Assembly (NCBI GenBank): GCA_964614525.1
Contig: CAZTPA010000006.1
Span: 6,285 to 70,284, forward strand
Length of the DNA stretch: 64,000 nt
Origin: an uncultured Bacteroidales bacterium
GTDB taxonomy: Bacteria > Bacteroidota > Bacteroidia > Bacteroidales > UBA7960
Reading direction: 5' to 3'
The notes beneath the pieces are model-generated. The model was not told where the DNA came from. It ran no database searches and was given only the letters and a program-made list of their open reading frames with translations. The first letter of the stretch is position 1. The number at the start of each line of letters is the position of its first letter. A program made the translations under genes and the position numbers. This document shows positions 57,199 to 64,000 of this stretch, piece after piece.

Positions 57199-57972
57199 AT
57201 GAAAATTGCGTTCATTTCTGACATCCATGAAGACATTAAAAGCTTAACACGCGCTATGCGTTTGATAGAGAAAAGCGCTTGTGATGAAATTGTTTGCCTG
57301 GGAGACATAATAGGCTTCAGCGTTCCTTTTTACAAATATCTTAACACGCGGGATGCAAATGCATGCATAAAGCTTATATCAGAAAATACAAAATACACAG
57401 TAGCTGGCAATCATGAGCATTTTGCTCTAAGAAAAATCCCAATGAGTACAAACGGAATAGATATTCCAGCCAACTGGTATGAGCTTACATTTGAAGAGCG
57501 AAAACAAACAACCGATAATAAAGTATGGCTATATGAAGACAATGAACTTTCTCCGCTTTTAAATGATTTTTCAAAAAACTGGCTACTTAATCTTCCTGAA
57601 TATACAACTATTAAAATAGATGAAATAAGAGTCTTGCTAAGTCATTATATCTTTCCGGACAATACAGGCTTCACCAAACACTTCATTAATACAATGACAG
57701 AATTCCGGAATCATTTAGAACTTATGAACAAACATAATGCAAGGCTTTCGGTGTTCGGGCATGCACATCCGGCAGGGCTTTATAACGTAGATTCTATTAA
57801 TAACAAGTTTTACATTACAAAGAAGACAAAAGTCTGCAAATCTTTATACGCTGTTGGAATACCTGCAATCACTTCTGCATCGGCCTATCAGGGTTTTGCT
57901 GTCTTTGATTCAGGCAAAGGATTATTCGAAACCATAGCCTTAAACAACAGGCTAAGATATTTTAACAAATAG
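57199..57972 (+). CDS. Metallophosphoesterase family protein
   Basis: Start at MKIAFISDIHED (ATG 57199); the listed ORF begins at TTG 57187. DxH, GDxxG(F), GNHE and GHAH motifs. Confidence 0.75.
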   Translation: MKIAFISDIHEDIKSLTRAMRLIEKSACDEIVCLGDIIGFSVPFYKYLNTRDANACIKLISENTKYTVAGNHEHFALRKIPMSTNGIDIPANWYELTFEERKQTTDNKVWLYEDNELSPLLNDFSKNWLLNLPEYTTIKIDEIRVLLSHYIFPDNTGFTKHFINTMTEFRNHLELMNKHNARLSVFGHAHPAGLYNVDSINNKFYITKKTKVCKSLYAVGIPAITSASAYQGFAVFDSGKGLFETIALNNRLRYFNK

Positions 57973-58049
57973 AGTCATATACAAATAGGATAAAAAAATT
58001 AAAGAGCTTTTATAAAATACTGCAGAGCAATTAACTAAAATGTTTTCTA

Positions 58050-60956
58050 ATGAAAAGAGAAACAAATTCTATGTTAAAATTCTTCTTTAGGATAATTTTT
58101 CCGGCTTTTCTAGCTGTCTTATTTTTTGTTATTGCTTTGTTTTATATTGTTATTCCCATTTTTGAGAACGCTATGATGGATAGAAAGCGTGAAATGATAA
58201 AAGAACTCACAAATACAGCCTCCAGTATTCTTCAAAAATATCACCAAGATGAGGAGGCAGGGCTTATATCCAAAGAGGATGCTCAACAAACTGCAATAGC
58301 AAGGATACAATATTTAAAATACGGTGAAGAAAACAAAGATTATTTTTGGATTACCGATATGCATCCAAATATGATTATGCATCCGTACCGGCCTTATCTG
58401 AACAATACAGATCTCACTAATTATAAAGATTCACTGGGAAGAAAAATGTTTGTAAGGTCTGTTGAGATAGTAAAAGAACAAGGCCATGGTTTTATTGAAT
58501 ATATGTGGCAATGGAAAGATGATTCTACTCAAATTGTTCCTAAATTATCTTATGTAAAAGGTTTTGAGCCTTGGAACTGGATTGTTGGCACGGGAATTTA
58601 TATTGAAGACGTAAAGAAAGACATATCTAATTTATCATCAAGGCTATTTTATATAAGTGCAATTATTGCGATTATTGTGGCAATGATACTTTTGTTTATA
58701 TCAATACAATCACTGAAAATTGAGCGAAACAAGCAAAAAGCGGAAATTAAGCTCAAAGAATCACGCGAAAAGTACAGGTCTCTAGTGGAAGCTTCAACAG
58801 AAGGCCTTGTAATGATAAGCGACAACAGGATTATATTTACTAATGCCGTTTTTCTAAACATGGTACAACTCAGTTTTGAAGAATTGGAAAAGCTGAAATG
58901 GCAAGACATTTTTACTTTGCCTGAAAATATTATTAAAAACCTGGAACACGGCAAACATGACATTGAGACAGAGCCCTTTGAAACAGAAATTCATCTTCCC
59001 GGAAAAACAAAAACAGAAGTTCTGATAAATATTACGCCAATACTGTTTTATGGTAAAAAAGCGGTAATTTTTTCAATCAAAGATATAAGTTCTGATATTT
59101 TAATAAAGCAAGAGCTTTTTGAGAGTCGCGAACGCTTTAAAAGCTTGATGGATAAATTAGAAGTTGGCATTTTCAGAACGACAATGGATGCAAGAGGCCG
59201 TTTTATAGAGGCTAACGAAACAGCTCTAAATCTATTAGGATTTAAAGATTATTCTCAAATAAAAAATAAATATATTCTTGATTTTTTCGCAGAAGATGAA
59301 GATAAAAGAAGCTTCAGAAAGAAGTTGTTAAAAACATGCTTTATTAAAAACGAAGTAGTAAAGATAAAAACAACAAAAGGCAAAATTGAACACATGATGG
59401 TTTCACTTGCTGTTATTCCCAATAATAAAGGAGAAGCAGTGTATTGTGATGGTATAATTGAATCCTTTTCGGAGAATAAAATTGACAATGTACACCAACA
59501 AAAACAAATAGACGCAGAAGATTTCAGAACTTTATTAAACAGCATCTCAGTAAAAGGATTTGAGAAGCCTATTTATACAATTTCTCTCAACCAAACTATA
59601 AAAGAAGCTTCTCAAATAATGGAAGAATTAAACCATAAACATTTATTTATTACCGATAGCGAAAAAAGAATACTGGGATATATTACAAATAATGAAATAG
59701 CTGAAGGTTTACTAAAATCAAACAATATAACAAAATTATCACCTGCTTATAGTATAATGAAGTCGCCCGTTTTTTCAATACCTGCTTATACCTCAATAAT
59801 AAGTGCGCGTGAAATGATTAAAAGAACCGCATCACAACTTCTAATAATTGATAATCCGCAGGAAGAAGCAAAAGGATATATTTGCCTGGAAGATATTGGC
59901 AGCATAGCAGATGTTTATCTTAGTGAAATATTTGCAAAATTTACAAAAGCCGGTACAATTGAAAGTTTAGCAAAATTAAGAAGTGAATTTGTAAGATTTG
60001 TTTCCAAACTTGTTGATAATAATATTAGTTACAGTATAATATTACAGTTATTGTCAGATGCTTTTGATGCAATTATTTCAAGACTTTTTACACTTTCAGA
60101 AAAAGAATTCGGCAAAGCTCCTGTAAACTTTGCTTTCATCGTACTTGGCAGTGAAGGCCGCAATGAACAAACACTAAACACAGATCAGGATAATGCTATT
60201 ATATATGCCGATCCTGATGAAAAAGACAAAGCTGAAGTTGAAAAATATTTCCTTGCCTTAGGAAAATGGATGAGTGATTCTCTTGACAAAATAGGATATT
60301 CACTTTGCAAAGGAAACAATATGGCTATGAATCCAAGATGGAATAAACCATTAAGTGAATGGAAAAATTATTTTCATAAATGGATAAATAAAGGCCATGC
60401 AAAAGATTTATTAGATATAAATATTTTTTTTGATTTTAGATTATCCTACGGAGAGTCTTATTTAATTAACGACTTACAATCATATATTCTGAAAGTTAGT
60501 AAATCAAACCCGGCATACCTTCATCATCTTGCAAAAAACACGATGAACTTTAAACCCTCAGTTAATTTCTTTGGAAATATAGTTGTAGGCTCAACCGGAG
60601 CTCCGCCTGATACATTAAACTTAAAAGATAATATTGCAGCATTAGTAAACTTTGCCAGAGTTTATGCTTTGAAAAACGAGATTACTCAAAAAAACACTCT
60701 TGCACGACTTCAAACGCTATACAGTATCGGAATAATTAATGACACCGACATGCTGGAAATACAACATGCATATGAATATTTGAGCACAATGAGATTAAAA
60801 CATCAAGCATCGCAGATTCTAAAAAATGTAAAGCCGGATAATTATATCAATGCAAAAAGTCTTACTGAGATTGAAAAAACAACTTTGAAAAAAGTACTAT
60901 CTGTAATTGGTAATTTTTTGACAAGATTAACCCATGATTTTAATCTTAATATATAA
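58050..60956 (+). CDS. Transmembrane sensor: Cache - TM - PAS - PAS - CBS pair - DUF294 nucleotidyltransferase + substrate-binding domain
   Basis: 968 aa. Cache signature DYFWITDMHPNMIMHPYRP...KLSYVKGFEPWNWIVGTGIYIEDV between two TM segments. NTase motif LGSEGRNEQTLNTDQDNAIIY. Confidence 0.8.
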   Translation: MKRETNSMLKFFFRIIFPAFLAVLFFVIALFYIVIPIFENAMMDRKREMIKELTNTASSILQKYHQDEEAGLISKEDAQQTAIARIQYLKYGEENKDYFWITDMHPNMIMHPYRPYLNNTDLTNYKDSLGRKMFVRSVEIVKEQGHGFIEYMWQWKDDSTQIVPKLSYVKGFEPWNWIVGTGIYIEDVKKDISNLSSRLFYISAIIAIIVAMILLFISIQSLKIERNKQKAEIKLKESREKYRSLVEASTEGLVMISDNRIIFTNAVFLNMVQLSFEELEKLKWQDIFTLPENIIKNLEHGKHDIETEPFETEIHLPGKTKTEVLINITPILFYGKKAVIFSIKDISSDILIKQELFESRERFKSLMDKLEVGIFRTTMDARGRFIEANETALNLLGFKDYSQIKNKYILDFFAEDEDKRSFRKKLLKTCFIKNEVVKIKTTKGKIEHMMVSLAVIPNNKGEAVYCDGIIESFSENKIDNVHQQKQIDAEDFRTLLNSISVKGFEKPIYTISLNQTIKEASQIMEELNHKHLFITDSEKRILGYITNNEIAEGLLKSNNITKLSPAYSIMKSPVFSIPAYTSIISAREMIKRTASQLLIIDNPQEEAKGYICLEDIGSIADVYLSEIFAKFTKAGTIESLAKLRSEFVRFVSKLVDNNISYSIILQLLSDAFDAIISRLFTLSEKEFGKAPVNFAFIVLGSEGRNEQTLNTDQDNAIIYADPDEKDKAEVEKYFLALGKWMSDSLDKIGYSLCKGNNMAMNPRWNKPLSEWKNYFHKWINKGHAKDLLDINIFFDFRLSYGESYLINDLQSYILKVSKSNPAYLHHLAKNTMNFKPSVNFFGNIVVGSTGAPPDTLNLKDNIAALVNFARVYALKNEITQKNTLARLQTLYSIGIINDTDMLEIQHAYEYLSTMRLKHQASQILKNVKPDNYINAKSLTEIEKTTLKKVLSVIGNFLTRLTHDFNLNI

Positions 60957-60966
60957 TTATTATGTA

Positions 60967-61656
60967 TTAACCAACAGCACTTATTTTTGTCAATAATCTT
61001 TTATCAATAATTTGAACCTCTTTGCCATTTAATCCGATTATACCTTCTTTTTTTAATTCCATTAACAACCTAACCGTATTTTCCTCGGAAATAGCAGATA
61101 ATTCTCCAAGTTCTTTCCTTGTCATATTAATATTAAACTCATCAGAATTATACAAACTAGAAAGATACAGCAAACTGTCAGCAACTCTGCCACGAATATT
61201 CTTCTGATTCAGGGTAATTATTTTGTTCATAATGGAAGCAACAGATCTTCCAAAAGCAGCATTAAGTTTTAACAAAAACTCATGATGCTTCAGGTATAAG
61301 TTTTTAATTAAATCCAGATCTATCATACATACACGAGTATCTTCGAGCGCAGTAACGGAATAGCAATAATTTGCTGTCTCAAAAAAAGACAATAAACCGA
61401 TATAACTTTGAGGCTTTAAAATATAAAGTATTATATTTCTGTTATTTAAACCCTCAATATACAATTTCGCAGAACCTTCTAAAAGATAAATAGCATTGCT
61501 AACATTTGATCCCTGTTTGCTAATGATTTCATGTTTTTTATATAAAGCATGCAAAGGTTTTACGTTTGAAAAGTCCTTGCTGGTTTTCTTGATAACATTA
61601 TAAATTTCACATTTAAACCTACAATTAATACAATCTATTTCTTTTTCAAATCTCAT
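60967..61656 (-). CDS. Crp/Fnr family transcriptional regulator, FNR-like Cys pattern
   Basis: 229 aa. N-terminal C9-x2-C12-x3-C16, and C110 in TRVCMIDL (compare E. coli FNR SMVCEIPF). cNMP-binding-type beta-roll, C-terminal HTH (TRKELGELSAISEENTVRLL). Confidence 0.85.
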   Translation of the reverse strand: MRFEKEIDCINCRFKCEIYNVIKKTSKDFSNVKPLHALYKKHEIISKQGSNVSNAIYLLEGSAKLYIEGLNNRNIILYILKPQSYIGLLSFFETANYCYSVTALEDTRVCMIDLDLIKNLYLKHHEFLLKLNAAFGRSVASIMNKIITLNQKNIRGRVADSLLYLSSLYNSDEFNINMTRKELGELSAISEENTVRLLMELKKEGIIGLNGKEVQIIDKRLLTKISAVG

Positions 61657-61810
61657 AATAGCAATTTTTTACCACAACAAATATATACTTATTTTAAATA
61701 AGTTGATTAAAAACAATGATACATTTCAAGTATTTTGATTAGTTCAATAAAGATATTTTATAATACTTTTGGCTAATTCAATACTAATCAATTAAATCGT
61801 GATAAAAAAA

Positions 61811-61816
61811 AGGAGG
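61811..61816 (+). promoter_or_regulatory. Canonical Shine-Dalgarno AGGAGG, 4 nt upstream of the yjcH-like ATG
   Basis: aaaaAGGAGGaaaaATG. No comparable purine-rich SD is seen before the other ~55 genes in the window. Confidence 0.6.
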
Positions 61817-61820
61817 AAAA

Positions 61821-62102
61821 ATGTTACATGGACCTGCCGCAGAAATGGGAACTGACAGAGCTTCCAAGCAGAAAGCAAAGTTAGGCCTTATCTTATTTTT
61901 AGTTTATGCATCTCTTTATGTTGTTTTTGTAGTTATTGGGGTTTTATACACAGACCTAATGAGTACAAAAGTAATATTAGGACTTAATTTGGCCATTACT
62001 TTTGGTATAGGATTAATTATACTGGCAATGGTAATGGGATTTGTTTATAGTCTTATTTGTACAAATATGGAAGACAAAATGAATAAGGAGGACAAGCAAT
62101 GA
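61821..62102 (+). CDS. DUF485 (YjcH-like) small membrane protein, partner of ActP-type symporters
   Basis: 93 aa with two TM helices. The layout resembles E. coli YjcH. 4-nt ATGA overlap with the downstream symporter. Confidence 0.7.
   Translation: MLHGPAAEMGTDRASKQKAKLGLILFLVYASLYVVFVVIGVLYTDLMSTKVILGLNLAITFGIGLIILAMVMGFVYSLICTNMEDKMNKEDKQ
62085..62091 (+). promoter_or_regulatory. Canonical Shine-Dalgarno AAGGAGG, 7 nt upstream of the symporter ATG
   Basis: aatAAGGAGGacaagcaATG, lying inside the 3' end of the yjcH-like gene. Confidence 0.6.
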
Positions 62103-64000
62103 TATATGGTATTTCAATTTCGGCTATTCTGGTTTTCTTAGTTTTTGTAGCCATAGTATTAGGTCTTTCCTTTTATTTTGGATCAAAAACAAAGACAGCA
62201 AGCAGTTATTACGCTGCCGGGGGAACTATTCACTGGGGTGTAAACGGTATTGCATTCGCAGGTGATTATCTTTCAGCTGCATCTTTTTTAGGTATTTGTG
62301 GTATGATAACTTATGCCGGTTACGATGGTTTTATTTATGCTATTGGATACCTTGCCGGCTGGGTAGTAGCACTATTTCTGGTTGCAGAGCCATTAAAGCG
62401 CTTAGGCAAGTTTACCTTTACTGATGCTCTTGATTCAAAGTTTAAATCTAAAGCCATTAAGCTTTCTGCATCAATAAGTACACTTATTATTTCTGTTTTT
62501 TATCTGATTCCACAAATGGTAGGTGCAGGCGATCTAGTTGTTCCTCTGTTGGGATTTCCACATTGGGTTGGAGTTATGATTGTGGGTACTATCGTTATTT
62601 TTATTGTTGCAACAGCCGGTATGAAGTCTACAACTTATGTGCAATTCATAAAAGGTGGTTTGTTAATAACTTTCACCACTATACTTACCATTTATATATT
62701 AAATAACGGATTAAATCTTAAACCAAGGGATGATTACCATGAGTTCAAGAAAATTGAAGCCAATGTTGAAGATGGTACTATAATTTCAATAGATGATGAA
62801 GATTTTGAGATGATTAACCAACATACAAGTGCCAATGGAAACATTTTTGCCAAATTACAAAAGGGTGATTATGCTACATGGTTTAAGTTGGATGAAGAAA
62901 ATGACAAATATTACTTAAATGAAGCATTAAGCATTTCATATAAAGCAGACGGAGAAATACTTTATAACGGCGCACCAAAATCTGAACAAAGATTTTTTCA
63001 GGTAGGTCATTTAAGTAAAATCATTCATAAAGGAGAGGAAGTTGAAAGCACAGGTCCACTTGGTCCTTTTGAATTTTTCAAAGTACTGGAAGACAGCGAA
63101 GTAGTCCTGTTTATCAAGCAATACATTATGCTTGAAGACAGCCGTGTAGCTGTTTATTATCAAGAACCAACGGCAGGAACTGATGTTCTAAAGCCTGGAC
63201 TTATGCTGAAAGTTGGAGAAGACGGCACTGTATGGGATAAAGTGAATTTCTTTTCATTAATGATGGCCTTATTTTTAGGCGTTTCGGCTCTTCCTCACGT
63301 TTTAATCAGATATTATACCGTACCAAGTCAGAAAGATGCAAGAAAATCTACTGTAGTTGCTATTATTGCCATAGGTTTTTTCTTCATTCTAACTCTTTTC
63401 CTGGGCTTAGGAGGTATGGTTAATGGAGTGCTTGATATGGAAAGCAGCAATATGTCAGGGCCATTACTTGCAAAATACTTTGGAGTCGGATTGTTCGCAA
63501 TTATCTCCGCTATTGCATTTGCTACAGTCTTAGGCACAGTGAGTGGCCTGATAGTGGCATCTTCCGGAGCTATTGCTCATGACTTCATTGATCAATATCT
63601 TAATTTTAAGATGACTGACAAGCAAAAGGTTACTGCCGGGAAACTTGCAGCATTTAGTGTTGGAATATTTGCTATAGTGCTAGGTATTTTATTTAAAGGT
63701 ATGAATGTTTCATTCCTGGTAGGATTGGCATTTGCGATTGCTGCCTCTGCAAATCTGCCGTCAATATTAATGGTAATATTCTGGAAAAAAACAACAGCAA
63801 AAGGTATAGCAAGTTCAATAACTGTAGGTATAGTTTCTGCCGTTACCATTATATTGCTTTCACCGTCAATGTTTGAAAGGTATGGACTTCTTAAATCAGA
63901 TGCAATAATTCCTTTTGATAATCCGGGAATTATTTCTATTCCTCTTTCATTCATTACTTTGTTGGTAGTTTCTTTACTAACACAAAAAAAAGGAGAAAAG
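62099..64000 (+). CDS. actP: Cation/acetate symporter ActP-like (sodium:solute symporter family), 3' end outside window; absent from the ORF track
   Basis: Hand translation is open from ATG 62099 to the window end (634 codons). YYAAGGTIHWGVNGIAFAGDYLSAASFLGI, GYDGFIY, YLIPQMVGAG, SALPHVLIRYYTV and FLVGLAFAIAASANLPSIL align with E. coli ActP as recalled. Confidence 0.85.
   Translation, partial: MIYGISISAILVFLVFVAIVLGLSFYFGSKTKTASSYYAAGGTIHWGVNGIAFAGDYLSAASFLGICGMITYAGYDGFIYAIGYLAGWVVALFLVAEPLKRLGKFTFTDALDSKFKSKAIKLSASISTLIISVFYLIPQMVGAGDLVVPLLGFPHWVGVMIVGTIVIFIVATAGMKSTTYVQFIKGGLLITFTTILTIYILNNGLNLKPRDDYHEFKKIEANVEDGTIISIDDEDFEMINQHTSANGNIFAKLQKGDYATWFKLDEENDKYYLNEALSISYKADGEILYNGAPKSEQRFFQVGHLSKIIHKGEEVESTGPLGPFEFFKVLEDSEVVLFIKQYIMLEDSRVAVYYQEPTAGTDVLKPGLMLKVGEDGTVWDKVNFFSLMMALFLGVSALPHVLIRYYTVPSQKDARKSTVVAIIAIGFFFILTLFLGLGGMVNGVLDMESSNMSGPLLAKYFGVGLFAIISAIAFATVLGTVSGLIVASSGAIAHDFIDQYLNFKMTDKQKVTAGKLAAFSVGIFAIVLGILFKGMNVSFLVGLAFAIAASANLPSILMVIFWKKTTAKGIASSITVGIVSAVTIILLSPSMFERYGLLKSDAIIPFDNPGIISIPLSFITLLVVSLLTQKKGEK

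Noticed and set aside
1-64000. Search by eye for tRNA/rRNA genes, CRISPR arrays, transposases, integrases, phage or defence-island genes, reverse transcriptases and inteins.
   Set aside because: None were found. The intergenic regions are too AT-rich for tRNA-like structures. No spaced direct-repeat arrays occur. All large ORFs have housekeeping or envelope assignments. SufB, RecG and NrdJ show uninterrupted motif order.

Overview
AT-rich (about one-third G+C by eye) chromosomal segment, most consistent with a Bacteroidota genome. Supporting signs are A-rich, Shine-Dalgarno-free start regions, TAnnTTTG-type -7 boxes, a TonB-dependent receptor/DUF4249 pair, DUF1573, a sigma-54 gene and an RprY-like regulator. 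No homology search could be run, so every family call rests on motif and sequence recall.

The window is densely packed with housekeeping genes:
- Respiration and Fe-S assembly: fumarate reductase/succinate dehydrogenase CAB and sufBCDS-x-sufE-sufT.
- Translation and RNA: proS, asnS, prfB with its programmed +1 frameshift, RNase E/G, and an unlisted 29-aa bS22-like peptide.
- DNA metabolism: xseAB, recG, recX, HU, ssb and class II ribonucleotide reductase.
- Other: gcvH, fbaA, rpoN, lpxK, queD and pepP.

I saw no tRNA, rRNA, CRISPR array, transposase, integrase or phage genes, so this looks like core genome rather than an island.

Two loci deserve a second look:
- 58050-64000: a transmembrane Cache-PAS-PAS-CBS sensor fused to a DUF294 nucleotidyltransferase of unknown substrate. 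It sits beside an FNR-like regulator and a yjcH/actP-type symporter operon. That operon carries canonical AGGAGG Shine-Dalgarno sites, and its ActP has a ~150-aa loop insertion.
- 40470-43628: a lipoprotein that is almost entirely low complexity (Tyr/Gly-rich block, KPxE tandem repeats, basic Ser/Arg/Gln/Pro tail), paired with a FadL/PorV-superfamily outer-membrane barrel.

Smaller observations:
- A 690-bp gene-free region containing a 13-bp GC-rich hairpin.
- Two dispersed terminator-hairpin repeats that share a 19-nt arm.
- A terminator-like hairpin in the nrdJ leader.
- A GTTAAA-N4-GTTAAA direct repeat upstream of a two-component operon.
- An orphan SiaB-like kinase.
- An ArsR/DUF1573/MauE-DoxX cysteine-motif cluster.
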